A DNA stretch of 64,000 bases from Fonticula alba ATCC 38817 (Eukaryota; Protista; Nucleariida): NCBI GenBank assembly GCA_000388065.2, contig KB932206.1. One strand, 5' to 3'. The position numbers and the translations under genes were made by a program. Of this stretch, positions 1-16,582 are shown piece by piece. Positions within the stretch are counted from its first letter, which is position 1, and each line of letters starts with the position of its first letter. The notes under the pieces were generated by a model. It worked only from the letters and a program-made list of their open reading frames with translations. It had not been told where the DNA came from and searched no databases.

Positions 1-2367
1 CTCGGGATAGCCATGCCATCGCCTCTGCTGGTGCTGTTCCAGGCGGGGGCCTCTCTCCCCCCCCCCCAATACCCTGCTCCTTCCGACGACTAACCGCATT
101 TCCATGGCCGAGCACAGTGTCCTCCCTGTCGGTTCCCGGGGCAGAGCGCCTGTCCCCGCCGACATCGCCGACTCCTGTCGGGGCCGCCGGACCTGGAGGC
201 GGCGCGCATGCCTCTCCGGCCGCCGGCGGTGCGCAGCCCGGGCCTGGCGGTCCGGTCACTCCCCGGGCCCCGCCACCGGTGGCCCTGTCCGGCGATGTGG
301 CGGCCCTGGTGTTTGTTGGGTCCCTGCTGGTGGCCTCACGGCCGGATGCCGTGGCACCGCAGTCGCAATTCACGCCAGACCGGTTCCTGGCCCCGGTGGT
401 CGGGCCGGCCGTGCCGCCGAATAGCACGGTGTCCACCCTGCCGGTGTCCATCCTCCGGCGGTTTTGCGATGACCCGGCGCCCGGCTCGCCATACATGCCG
501 GATGGCCGGCAGATCACCGTCTGCGTGAGCACCACCCATGTGCGTGTGCTGCTCGGCCAGCCGGTGGCCGGGGGCTCCGGTCTGAGCGGCGGCCTGTCGC
601 TGGATGCGCTTCTCCGGCGAACTGGCCACTTCCCGGCCGACGCGGACTTCGCCTGTCTGTCGGCCGACGCGCTGCCGGGCCGGGCTCCCGGTGCCGAGAA
701 GCTGACCTTCCTCCGGGCGGACATCCTGCAGGTGCCACTTGTGACGGCGCTCGCGGGCGGGACCCCGATCCCGCGCTCGCGATTCCCCTCGGCTGCCGAA
801 GTGGCGGCCATGCACGCGGCGTCCGGGGCCGTTCCGGCGGCCCCGGCGACCGCGGCCGAAGCCCCTCCGCCAGGCGGTTCCCGGCCTGGAGCCCTGGCCT
901 GTCCGCCTTTGTCCCTGGAGTCCGGCTATTGCCTGGCGGTGCTCACCTCGGACGGAGGGCTCTACCTGCTGGCCCTGCCAAGCCTACATGTGATGTATAT
1001 TATGCCGACGGGTCCGCTCTTTGTCGATCGGGCTTGGTGCGTTCTGCTGTCTTCCTTCCGTGGCGCCCCGGGCCGCCGTTGCCTCCTCCCCATCTCCCCC
1101 CCCCCCCCCCCCCCCCTCCCCCTGCAAAGGCGGATATCATCTTCCGCAGTCCGCCATGGGGCGGCGTGGTATAGACGGCCCGGCCGAACTCCCGGGCCGG
1201 GATCAAGGCCCACCGGGACAATTTGATTGGCAGCGGGCNNNNNNNNNNNNNNNNNNNNNNNNNNNNNNNNNNNNNNNNNNNNNNNNNNNNNNNNNNNNNN
1301 NNNNNNNNNNNNNNNNNNNNNNNNNNNNNNNNNNNNNNNNNNNNNNNNNNNNNNNNNNNNNNNNNNNNNNNNNNNNNNNNNNNNNNNNNNNNNNNNNNNN
1401 NNNNNNNNNNNNNNNNNNNNNNNNNNNNNNNNNNNNNNNNNNNNNNNNNNNNNNNNNNNNNNNNNNNNNNNNNNNNNNNNNNNNNNNNNNNNNNNNNNNN
1501 NNNNNNNNNNNNNNNNNNNNNNNNNNNNNNNNNNNNNNNNNNNNNNNNNNNNNNNNNNNNNNNNNNNNNNNNNNNNNNNNNNNNNNNNNNNNNNNNNNNC
1601 CGATCGGCATCCCCAATGGCGTCGACCCGTCGGTCCTCGGTCCTGGCCTGGCTGCCCGCCGACGCGGTCCTCGGTCGTGCGTTCTTCCTCGTTTCTCTAC
1701 CTCCCGCTCCCCCCCCCCTCCCCCCTCCCCCTGCCTCATATGGCATTCCTGTGTCGCTGACCCATGTGCCATCTTCCGCCCCAGGCGCCTGGGCCTCGCG
1801 GCGTTCCTCTCGGGGCCGATGCCCTCGGACCTGGGTGTGTGCCTATTCGAGGGCCATGGGCAGCTGGGCTTCACGCCCCTATTTGGCGACTATGAAGAGG
1901 ACGACCATGCTGGGGTGGGCTTCGGCCCTGGCGGCGTGCCCGCCGAGCCGCACCAGCAGCACTCGGTGTTCGATGCGGCCCGCGTGCACTTCCTGCGTGG
2001 GTGTGCTCTGTCGGCTGGGGACAAGTTTGGCGACGGTGTGCCGCAACTGGCCCAGACCCAGTCGCTCTTTTCGAATCTCCTGTCGCGGCTGCACAACTAC
2101 GGCGACGACGACATCATCAACCTGATTGCACCGCCCTCCTCGCGCCCGGCCTCCCGCTCTCCCTCCCACGGATCGGGCCTCGGGGCCAGTGGCCGTGGAC
2201 AGACCCCGGCGGAAAAGCGGGCTGCCCTGCTGCAGGGCTCCTCGGTCCCGCCGCCCTCGAATGCCCGGCAGCCCGAGGACCCCGCCACGGTTCAGGTGTC
2301 CGCCGGCGCGGCGGGAGCCGCTGCCGCCGCGCACCGGGCCAAGCTGGTGCGTTTCTTCCCGCCCCCT

Positions 2368-2423
<56 letters not shown>

Positions 2424-2698
2424 CCTCCCCCTTGCAACATTCCCCTTCGCTGCTTTGGCCGAGTGCGGCTTTCTATTGGCATGGGGATACCCACCTGGCT
2501 GACCACTCATTTTCCTCCCTCTCCCCCCTCTTACTCTGTCCCTCTTTGTCTCGCCCGGTCCAGGCTTTGGACGAGCGTGGTCAGCGCCTGCAAGACGCGC
2601 AGCTTAAGACCGAGGAGTTGGCCGACGAGTCGCGCAACTTCGCCGACTCGTCCAAAAACCTCCGCAAGCTCATGGAGAAGAAGCGCTTCCTCTTCTGA
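1..2698 (+). CDS. STXBP5: Tomosyn / syntaxin-binding protein 5 (Lgl/Sro7 family), 3' part; gene starts before the window and spans the N gap at 1239-1599
   Basis: ORF 117-1226 has the Lgl-C-like segment LAVLTSDGGLYLLALPSL. Exon ending HRAKL (donor GTGCGT at 2347) splices in phase 0 to exon 2564-2698, ALDERGQRLQDAQLKTEELADESRNFADSSKNLRKLMEKKRFLF*. This matches the tomosyn C-terminal R-SNARE-like motif (RARxALDERGQKL) and has no TM anchor. Internal exon borders near the gap are uncertain. Confidence 0.85.
2369..2416. repeat. (CT)24 microsatellite in the last tomosyn intron
   Basis: Perfect CT dinucleotide run, seen directly. Confidence 0.95.
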
Positions 2699-3452
2699 GC
2701 TCCGTCACCAGGGCTCGCGCCCCCTTGTGTCTTTGCCTGTTGCTCTCCCTTCCCCCCCCCCCCCCCTCCTTCCCCTCCCCTCGGCGCCGAGTGCGCCATC
2801 TCTGTCCTTGTTCTGCCGGTGTCGCCGCCGTGGCCACCCCGCTCTTCGGTGCATCCCGCCTCCCCTGTATTGGTGAATACTCCAAAGATCATTGCCTCTT
2901 GCATGTTTGCGGCGTCTGTGACGCTTCCTGCTCCGCCTCCCCCCTTTCCGCTGGCGGTCTCTGCCCATGCTCGCCAGTGGGGCAAGGGCCTGCCTCGCAT
3001 GAAAGAAATGCCGAGGGATGTCATCGGGGCAGCTTGATCTAGGGAGTGGGGTGGTGGTAGTGGTGGTGGTGCTGCTGGAACGGCGCCCTGCGACGCGTCC
3101 CAGGAACACAAGGCGATGGTCTATTTCTGGGTAGGATGGATGGTCAAAGAGAAAGAGGGGGGCGAAGAAAACCTCGACAGTCCCCCCCCCCCCCCCACAC
3201 ACACACACACGCACACACCCACCCACCCGCCTTGCCGCGTCTTTGTCTCTCTGGCCATGGTCACCCTTTTTTTTCAAGACTAGAGCAAGGACCGAGGGGG
3301 GTGGATGGGGGGAAGCACGCGAAGGGCCATGGGCAATGGATGGGTGCACGGCGCGGAAGGGAGTAGCGATTGCCCAAAAACACCGACATCCACGCATACG
3401 CTCTCGGCCCCCCCCCCCCCCCCCGCCCCGCCCCTTGACATGTGCACACACT

Positions 3453-6821
<3,369 letters not shown>

Positions 6822-9800
6822 TCACTCTTTCCTTTGTCCNNNNNNNNNNGGGGGGGGGAAGGGAGGGGTGTACTTGCGTACGGTCTCTCCGCAGGTGGGC
6901 TCTCTCTCTCACTTTTGTTGTCTCTCTCTCGTCTGGCCGTTTTCAGACACGCACACACACACACACACACAGACAGACGCCTGCCTCTGGAGCCTGCGGA
7001 GCCTGGTGCCTGGGAGGAGAGGGGAGAGTCGGTGTGCGTGCGCCTGCGCGTTCCGACAGGTAGAGGAGGCGCCTGTACGCGCGCGACGCGGCAAGGATGC
7101 GGGATCCCAGGGAGGGCAGGAGGCGCGGGAAGTCGAGCAGTGGGCGAGAGGGGAGCAGAAGGGGGCGTAGAAGGAGGGACATGACCGGCCTGGTCATTGG
7201 CCGGCCACTGGGAGGGTACCTGTAGAAGGGTCAGGACATGGACCCTTTGGCCCGGTCGGGGCCGCGATCCGCCGCACCGGATTCGGTGCACCTTGGCGGG
7301 AGGCGACCGGGCCGGGGGCCCGGCCGGGAGCATAGACCCAGGAGGCCGGCGGAGCACACGCCCCCGACCGTATCTCAATGCGTCCCTCTCTCGATCATGC
7401 GAGGATCTCCCCTGAAAGTTGGCAGCAAGCCCCTTCTGGCGCCACTACGCAGCCGGGCGGCTGGTCTGGCCCGGGCGCCGGTCTCATGGGCCGGGAGGTG
7501 CGGGAAAGGGGGCGCCCTCTTCGCCGATGAGGCGACTGCGAGCCACTGCCGGTGTTGTGGGCGTGGGGCTTGCGGACGGGCTGGGCGTGTTCGCCTGTCA
7601 CGCCGTAAAAAAAAAAAAAAAAGGCGCCGAGACCGGGCCCCCGCTCCCGGCCGGCGACCGGGAGCCGGAAATCCGGTGCCAGGAGCGCCGGGGGAGAAAA
7701 CGCGCGTGGGGGCGGGCGCCGGAGCCGGGGCCGGGGCAGAGCTCCCGCTTGATCAAACAGAAATTCTCGCGCAAAGGCATTCCGGGGGCCCTTCGAAACA
7801 TATGCCGTTTCCGCGACTAGGGGCTCGGGGTGGCACTTGCCCCTTGGCACAGTGCTGCCGAGTCGGCGGCCGGGTGCGACTGCTCATGTGTGTCTGTGGG
7901 GGGGGGGGGNNNNNNNNNNNNNNNNNNNNNNNNNNNNNNNNNNNNNNNNNNNNNNNNNNNNNNNNNNNNNNNNNNNNNNNNNNNNNNNNNNNNNNNNNNN
8001 NNNNNNNNNNNNNNNNNNNNNNNNNNNNNNNNNNNNNNNNNNNNNNNNNNNNNNNNNNNNNNNNNNNNNNNNNNNNNNNNNNNNNNNNNNNNNNNNNNNN
8101 NNNNNNNNNNNNNNNNNNNNNNNNNNNNNNNNNNNNNNNNNNNNNNNNNNNNNNNNNNNNNNNNNNNNNNNNNNNNNNNNNNNNNNNNNNNNNNNNNNNN
8201 NNNNNNNNNNNNNNNNNNNNNNNNNNNNNNNNNNNNNNNNNNNNNNNNNNNNNNNNNNNNNNNNNNNNNNNNNNNNNNNNNNNNNNNNNNNNNNNNNNNN
8301 NNNNNNNNNNNNNNNNNNNNNNNNNNNNNNNNNNNNNNNNNNNNNNNNNNNNNNNNNNNNNNNNNNNNNNNNNNNNNNNNNNNNNNNNNNNNNNNNNNNN
8401 NNNNNNNNNNNNNNNNNNNNNNNNNNNNNNNNNNNNNNNNNNNNNNNNNNNNNNNNNNNNNNNNNNNNNNNNNNNNNNNNNNNNNNNNNNNNNNNNNNNN
8501 NNNNNNNNNNNNNNCCCCAGTCACACGAGCCTCTGGAAGCCAAGATCCACGGGGCCGAGTCGACTACGGCTGCCAAGTGGCCCATCGAGGAGCATCGACA
8601 CTTCCCTCATTCGGCCGAGGGAGAGGAGGGGGGGGAGGCAGGACGAGAACCGCTGCCGTTGATTGCATGGTGCCCCCTCCGCGCTCACAATGTGGCTGGG
8701 CGTTTGGCAAGGTAGACGACCACGCGCGTGCACCCCCCTCGTCCTGCCTTGCCTGGCGTATGTGGGCGCGGGTGGTCCGGCCGGGGAAAAAACTCCACAG
8801 GTACCAGTGCGAAGTGTTAAGCGCGACACCTAGCAGAGGTGCTGGCCCCCATGGCCGCATACGCCGCCCTGCAGCGGGAGGGGCACAACCACTCATGGGC
8901 CCCGAGCGGAGGCTCGCATGTGGGCGCCGGCCGCCCGGGACGCGCGGTTCGCGCGTCCCCTTTGGTCGATGAGCTCGCGGCGGCTTGCGCCCACTCGCCC
9001 CACGTTCCTCACCCCGCATTGTCCGCCGCGCCCCCCCCCCCCCCCCCCCCCGGGGAGGGGGCCGGCTATAGCGCGGCGGGGTAGCACATGGCTGGGAGCC
9101 GGGACGGGACTCGGCCGCATGTTGAATTAATTCATCGAGGTCCACCAGAGAGCATACCAGGGACCTGGAGGGCCCCCACTCGCCTGCCCATCTACCGCCG
9201 GCCCCCGGCCGATGCCAGGGGTGCCTGCCCAGCCGGGACACCCATGGACGGCCGTCGCTGCCAGCGCGAGAGGGGGGGGGGGCGAGGTGCTTCTCCTGAA
9301 ATAGGGGCACGCAGGTCCACCGACGCGCTCCCAGCAGGGCCGGGCCCGGCCCGGATCTCGAGGAGGAAGTAAGCCCTGGGCGCGGGGACATTCTCCCCGG
9401 AGGGAACAGGTCGCAAGTAAGACGCCGCCCGCCCCCCTGTGCGCGGCGGCGCCTCGCGCGGCGGCAGGCCACCGCAGCCAGGGGGTGTTCCAGCGGGGAG
9501 GGGGTCGTCCTCTCCCCCTCGCATGGGGGTCATGGAAAAACCCCTCAGAACAGGGGCAGCCCACGACCGACCATAAGCATATCCATCGGTCCCCGGAAGC
9601 AGGCGAGTCAGCAGTGGGACCATTCAAAAACGCGAGAGAGGCAGAGAGACAGAGAGAGAGAGAGAGAGANNNNNNNNNNNNNNNNNNNNNNNNNNNNNNN
9701 NNNNNNNNNNNNNNNNNNNNNNNNNNNNNNNNNNNNNNNNNNNNNNNNNNNNNNNNNNNNNNNNNNNNNNNNNNNNNNNNNNNNNNNNNNNNNNNNNNNN

Positions 9801-10559
9801 NNNNNNNNNNNNNNNNNNNNNNNNNNNNNNNNNNNNNNNNNNNNNNNNNNNNNNNNNNNNNNNNNNNNNNNNNNNNNNNNNNNNNNNNNNNNNNNNNNNN
9901 NNNNNNNNNNNNNNNNNNNNNNNNNNNNNNNNNNNNNNNNNNNNNNNNNNNNNNNNNNNNNNNNNNNNNNNNNNNNNNNNNNNNNNNNNNNNNNNNNNNN
10001 NNNNNNNNNNNNNNNNNNNNNNNNNNNNNNNNNNNNNNNNNNNNNNNNNNNNNNNNNNNNNNNNNNNNNNNNNNNNNNNNNNNNNNNNNNNNNNNNNCCA
10101 GCACCAGCGCCCCCCTTCCCGCGTGCGGGCTTCCCCCCCCCCCCCCCCCCCCCCGACTCGGGCGGCTTGCTCCGGGCCACCACATTCGCGACCTTGCGTG
10201 TGCTCTCTTCTCCCGGCAGATGACAAATGAGCACCCCTCCGGGCGGCGTGTCTAAGGGTACTTTATTGTGCAAGTGTTCGAGAGGCCGTCCCTACCTGCC
10301 TTCCATCGCCCTTCCTGCCGGGGGGTGGCGCGCGCGAGCGAGAGGCGGAGGGGCGAGTACCGTGCTGAGAAGTGCCGTGTGAACGGGGGTGCTGCCTGCT
10401 GTGCAGGTGGAAGCCGGAAGGGGGGGGGGGGACAGGAGCACAGCCTCCCTCTCGGTCTCTCGCGCCTGCGTCCGCCCTTCGGGAGAGACGCAGGCGCCAG
10501 GTGCGGCCCCTGTGGACCTTGTCCGCATATGGCACACCCCGGGGAGCCGCCCAATCGCC

Positions 10560-11706
10560 TCAAGCAGCCCAATCGGTGTCCATGTAGTAGCTGGCATCCA
10601 GGGCCGAGCCGAAGGAGCCGCCGCCGGGACCCGGGCCACCGCCAACAACGCCATGTGCCCCGGACCAATAGTTGCCCAGGGCACAATCGGCTGTCGAGGC
10701 GCCGGTGATGGTCTCCTCGCCGAGGTCCAGGCCTGCTCCCCCGCCATCGACGCAGCCCGTGCTCCATGGCACATCCTGGTGGTGGAAGGTGCCGGCCGTC
10801 GGCCCGGGCCCGGCGGAAAAACGCACGGCCCCCAGGGACGAGCCGGTGCCCAGCAGGGAGGAAGGCGAGCACCCCCCGGCTGCTAGATGCATATGGTGGT
10901 GCGGGTGATGATGATGCTGATGATGATGAAGGGGACTGGCGCCGGGGCCGCCGCCGCCTCCATTGGCGCCATCCATCGGGGGCATCATGAGGAGGGAAAA
11001 CAGGCCGCCCTCGCCACCCGGCCCGTCGGCATGATGGCCGTCATCGCTGGTGGCCTGACAAGAAGAAGACAGGGCGGCAGGCCCGGCCGGCCCCTCCCGG
11101 GGGCCGGTCATCCCACCGGCACCTGGCAGCGAACCGGTCGCCAGGAGACCGTGGAGGTGTCCGAAGGAGGGGCTTCCACCGGCCACCAACGGCCAAGCGC
11201 CACCAAAGGGCTCCGAGGGATCCGCCAAATCCACGCCCGCGACCATCCCCCCGTGCATGCTGGCCCTTGCACCGCCGCCGGGGGGCGAGGGCATGAGCAA
11301 TAGCGGCATCTCCCGGGTGCCTGGGGCCGAGGTGGTGGCCGCTGCGGGGGGATCCCCCACTCGCACCATCATGTGGGTCGGTGGAGTGGCGCCGGAGGAG
11401 CCCGACGGGGTGTGCACATGGCCGGTGCCAGGGCGGTGCTCCCCGGCAAGGGGCTCCGCATCGCCACCAATGCCCGGCATCATTACTTGCACGGCCGGGC
11501 CCTCGCTCCCTCCAGCGAGCGCTGTGGGCCCCCCGGCGGCGGCGGCAGCGGCCAGATCACACGTGGATGATAGGTCGTACGGAGAGGGCATATCGCCGCC
11601 TCCGGAGCCGGGCAGCCATGTTTGCAGGTTGCTGGTGTGAGGTGTGGTGACCGAAATCGGAGCCATGGCGTCGGCAGCCTCGGGCGTCAGGTCGGCCGGC
11701 TGGCCG

Positions 11707-11742
<36 letters not shown>

Positions 11743-13323
11743 TGCTGCTCGTGCTGGCTGTAATCGCTCTGCCCACCCGAGGGGAAGGGCGCCCCTGGCC
11801 CCATGCCCCCGGGCCCGGCGGCGGCCGCCGTCGAAGCCCCCTGATGATAGGCTCCCAGTGGGGCTGGGTTTACCACGCCCAGGTCTCCATCGGCCCAAAA
11901 GAGGTCGGTCGACGGGGCGGTGTCCATCGCACGATGGACCCCGGCCTTGGGAGTCCGAGGCGGGCCGAAGCCTGGGCCGGCTTCGGACGGCCGGCGGTGA
12001 TGCTGTCCGGAGGCCGCTTGCGCCGCAAACCCCGAGGAGTAGATATCTCGCCCGGCGTTGGCACTGGCAGGCTCGGTGCCGTTGTCAGCCCCCAGCAGGG
12101 GCGACCCGCAGCCCGGCCGGCCGGCCGCCGCCAGCGGGACAACGGCGAAGTGGCCCGCCGCATGATGCGACGCCTCATGCAGGTGCGACTGCTGGTGCAG
12201 AGGGAAGGAGGATGGCCGGTAGGATGGCGTCAAGGGCTCGGCCAGAGGCGGGGGCGCCCCCCAGGTCCCGGCGTCCAGGAGCCCCATGCTCCCAGCAGCG
12301 TGGTGTTGCTGAGGCTCATGCTGGTAATGGTGCTGGTGAAGGGAGGCAGGATGATGCTCGTGCACTGGCTTGGCATCACTCGATGTGACCTGTGTGGCCG
12401 CCGCGGCTGTTCCGGCTGCTGCCGGGTAACCATAATGGCCGTCGAAATGCGTGCCATACGGCCGCCCTCCTACCAGGGGGGCATACCGAAGGGTCTCGCC
12501 CTTCGGCACCGAAGCCAGGCTGCTGTCCTTTGCGCCCGCAGCATGGCCAGCAGGGTGCTGATCACCAGCCGAGCAGCTGGCAGCCGCTCCGGCTGCTGCC
12601 TGGGTGGTTGCCGACGGCCCGGCCGCGGCGAAGCTCAACTCCGGGCTGTTGGGGATGGTCTTGCCAGGATCCTCGGGACAGTCGCTGTTCGACGGGAGCG
12701 GGGCCCCGCCCGCCGAGTCGGGAGGCATGCCTGCCCGTGCCAGGTGGTGGTCGGCCGCCGGCACGGCATTGGCCCCATCCCGGGCCGGGTGGTGGGAATG
12801 GCGGTGATGGTACTGATAGGATGGATTTGCCATGCTCGAGCCGGCGTCCGCCGGCGCCGCCTTGGACGTCAGATGCTGCTTAGGGGTGAGGGGCTCATGA
12901 GCAGCAGGTGCCAGAGTTGATGGCATTGCCGCCGGCCCGGGGGCCCTGGAGGCCGCCATCGAGGCCGATGCGGCCGGTGACATCGCCAAAGGCGGCTGGC
13001 TTGCTGGATGGCCGCCAGTGGGGTATGAGCCATGCCCCGGGGAGGGGTCTGACGGTGGGGCCACGTCCGAGCGCTGGTACGCATGTTGCAGCGCCACCGG
13101 TCGGTACACTGCCGGGGCGCCGCTGTGGGCTGAAGGGTTCCCCGGGAGCAATGATGGCCCCGGCATCAAGCTGCTCGGGGTATGGGCGAAGACTTCGGCA
13201 TGCGAGTCTTTGTCGAAGCCCCGAACACCGGGCGGCAGTGGAACATCACCGGTCAAGGGGTGGACAAATGCCGGCCCCGAGATTGGGCTCGCGCCAGGCA
13301 AGACGGCGCTGCCATGCAACATA

Positions 13324-13355
<32 letters not shown>

Positions 13356-14411
13356 AGCGCCCACTGCCATTGGAGGGGGCAGAGACCGCGTCACTGTTGC
13401 GGCTGTCAGCGATGCACTGGGGAAGTTGGGCCCGCTGACCGGGCCTCTTGCTTCTCCCCCGAAAGCACGATGACCGCCGTTGGTCGCCGAGAGGTCGGCA
13501 AAGGGGCCGGTGCTCCTCTCGCCATTCACATGCGCCACCCCCGAGTGGGGCTGCTGTGGGTGTGGAGCCTGCTGATGGCTCTTCTCGGGCTGGGGCGTCT
13601 TTGGCGGATCCGGCGGCGGCCCCTGCGGTTGGGCCAGTGGCTGCCCCTTCGTGCTTGCCTGGTGTGGCGCCTGCGGCGGTGTTTCCCGCTGGCTCGGCCG
13701 CATGTGCATCGGCAAATGCTGCGACGGGAACTGGCCGCCAACCGGACCCGCGGGTGCAGGAGACCCACCCAGTGAGAATGCCTCCGCCGGCCGGTGGCCA
13801 TGGTGGGGGAGAGGCCCGCGACTGGGCGGCAGGGAAGCATCCCGCCCGGTGCCGGGCCCGGGGGCGCTGTAAGCCCGGGGCGCGAGGCCCATGCGCCGGT
13901 CCGGAGCACCGGTCGCCAGGCTATCCTCAGTGATGTTGAAGAGCTCGCCACCAGCCATCGGCCGGCCCGAAGGCACCATGACCACCCCGTCGTCGGCCGT
14001 GGCCGTGATCGGCCCCCCGGTCACCGTGGCCGCTGCCCCGGTCGGCAGGCAGAAAGCCGGTCCGGCCATAGTGGCTGCCAGCGGAGCCGGAGCCGGGGCC
14101 GGAGCCGGAGCCAGACTTGGTTCGCCCAGGCGTGCACGCTTGCGAGCACCTACCCACGCGTGTGCCACCACACAACGAGACACAAGCACGCGCGAAGATC
14201 CCACCGAAGGGCGGCCAGGGGGGCGGGGGCGACACGCAACGAGGGATACCGACGCAAAAAGCGGCGTTCCAGAGCCGTTAGCTTCGGCCTTCAGCATGGT
14301 GGACCTCTTTTGAGGATCAGCCTCGCCATCATGGACAGCCTCCTCCCCCCCCCCCCCCCCCTGCTCCCCTCCCCAAAGGCCCAGGGACCCGCAACACCAT
14401 CCTTGACGCAC
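10560..14411 (-). CDS. 1283-codon low-complexity (P/G/A/H/Q-rich) ORF, hypothetical; probably the 3' part of the bZIP gene
   Basis: Uninterrupted ORF with poly-Q, poly-H and poly-P tracts and natural-looking composition. No recognisable domain. The 5' end lies in a G homopolymer where the frame changes relative to ORF 14329-15261. Confidence 0.6.
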
Positions 14412-16582
14412 CGTCTTCCTCGTGGTCCAGGAGACTTGGCGGCTCTATCCGGGCGCCTGGGAGCCGCGAATGCATGTGGTCGACCCTGCCATCGGCAGGC
14501 TCGGCCATGGCCTGTGCTGGAAGATTGGGCCGACTGAGCTCGGCGGCACTCGGGTCCGGGTGATGGCGCGACCCTGCTCCCGACGCGGCCGACAGGTAGA
14601 CAGTACCGCCGACCGGGGCGTCTGCTGGCCCGGCCCCAGCGGCCAGGCCGGCCAAGCGCTCGCTATGGAGAGTCAGCTGCCCGGTGCCGATGGTGTCCAT
14701 CAAGCCAAGCAGGCTGCTGGTGATGTCCATGGACGTGGGCGTGGTCCCGGAAGAGAGGGCACTTTGATGTGGGCCCGGCGGAGCCAGAACGACGTGGAGA
14801 GGGGGGCCGTAGACAGGCCAAGGCCCAGCCGAGGAACCGTTAGCGTCATCTGCCTGCAGGAGGCCCCACCCCCGAAAGCCCCACCAATCAAGGGAGGCGG
14901 CGGGGGGAGCCAGTGCGGCGAACTCGGTCGCCCTTCCACCAACGCACCTCGCATTGATAAATTGAGTGATGTCGTTGAGCTCCGGCAAGGGGGGGAGAGC
15001 CAGCGTGTCGAGCAACACCAGTAGCAGCTGCTGCACACGAAGCCGTGCCGGGCAGTCCGGGCACACGCGCACATGCTGCAGCAGGGGCTCGGCCGCCTCG
15101 CGCAGCGAAGCAGTGAGCGCCTGCTGCCCGATGCCCATGGCCTCGGTTGCCGTTTCCAGGTCACTCTCGCTCTGGTACAGGTCGTGGATTCGCTGGCGCT
15201 TCCGCTCTCGGCACTGGCCATTCCCATGGTCGGGGAGGGATATTCCAGCGAGGTATCCCACGGGAGTTAGCGCACTTCAACTGCCTCAGGCAAGGGTCCC
15301 CCGGGCGTCTGGCACCTGGGCCAAGGGGAAGGCCGGGCAAGGGAAAGGATAACCCGGCCGCCGCTGGCATACGCACCCGCTTGGCTGACTCGCGGTTGGC
15401 CAGACGCTTGGCCTCCAGCTCCGGATCGACGCTTCCGCGAGACCCGCCCGCAGGACGCGGACTTGGACGGTACTGGCTGGCCGCCGGTGATGCTCCCTGC
15501 GGGATGGAGGCATTGCTGCCCGCGGCGCTGTCGCCACTGCCAGCGGCATTGGCCCCGGCGATGGATGCCGACTTCAAGTGGTCCATGAGCGAGGCCCGCT
15601 GGGAATGGGACGACGACTGGGAGGCCAAGTCGAGAGCATGCTGCGAGGAGGCCCGATAGGCCGAAGGGTAGGTGTCCGCCAGCACTGGGCCGGCCGTCGG
15701 GGCTGGGTGCTTATCCTCCGGCGGAGACCGCAGGGAGGCGGCGAGTGCCACCGGCTGCACCGGCGGGGTGGACGCGCGACCCGAGTCCGATGCATGGCCC
15801 GTGGTCGGGGCCGTGGCCGTGCAGGGAGTCGTGCAGGACCCCTCGGAGTCGGTGTCAGCACCGATGTTGGCAAGCATCGTGGAGCTCTGCGCGTGGGGCC
15901 CGCCCCGGGGCTGAAAGGCGGAGAGGGCCCCATGCTCGCGCCCACCCTCGGCCATCGGGTCGGTGGCGGCGCCATAAGCCCGGGCAGGGGGTTGGCACCC
16001 GGTGTCCGGGAAGTTGGCCGGCCGCGAGCCCGGCGACGAGGGCGGAGGGGTGGTGTCGGTGGCCCCGGCGTCCGGGGCACTTACCGATGAAGGAGGCGCG
16101 TCCGCCGGGGCTCGGGCGCATGCGGCCGAGAGGTATGACGGGGGCCGATGCGCAGAAGATGCCGACGAGCATAGCGATGCCGGTGGTGAACCGGCTACCG
16201 ACAACGCGGATGAAGCCGCGACATGCCCCGGAAAGGAGTCCCCATGTGTGCGGGCCTCATCGGCCGGGGGCCCCTCGATCGAGGACGGCACAAGGGCCGA
16301 CACGACGACCGGCACGTGAGCCCAATGGGGGCTCTCTTTGCCAAAAGCACTGGCCAACGGGCTGCAAGGCCGTTGCCAGTGGAAGGCTTGCAGGTGGTCG
16401 GCGGGGTGGCGGATATCCGACTCCACCGGACGAGGCGTCCGGGCGGCCGGGCCGGCGGCGGGAATGTCCCCACGGCCGAGTGGCGGGGACCCTAGCGAAG
16501 CACGCCCCGGCGGGGGGGAACCAGGCTGAGCTTGGGCACGCTCGTCCTGCGGGGATCCCTGCAGAGATGGAGCGGAATGCAT
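14329..16582 (-). CDS. bZIP transcription factor (AP-1/ATF-like); exons 16582-15377 and 15213-14329 or beyond
   Basis: Phase-0 intron 15376-15214 (GTGCGT...GGCCAG) joins KRLANRESAKR to CRERKRQRIHDLYQSESDLETATEAMGIGQQAL. This gives the exact N-x7-R-x9-L-x6-L-x6-M-x6-L bZIP pattern. The start codon (MHSAP, 16582) is tentative. Confidence 0.8.

Noticed and set aside
8516-9660. Minus-strand ORFs 8564-9472 and 9192-9623 with some protein-like stretches (DLDELIQHAAES)
   Set aside because: They are flanked by gaps and broken by homopolymers, with no motif or consistent splice chain. Not enough support for a gene call.
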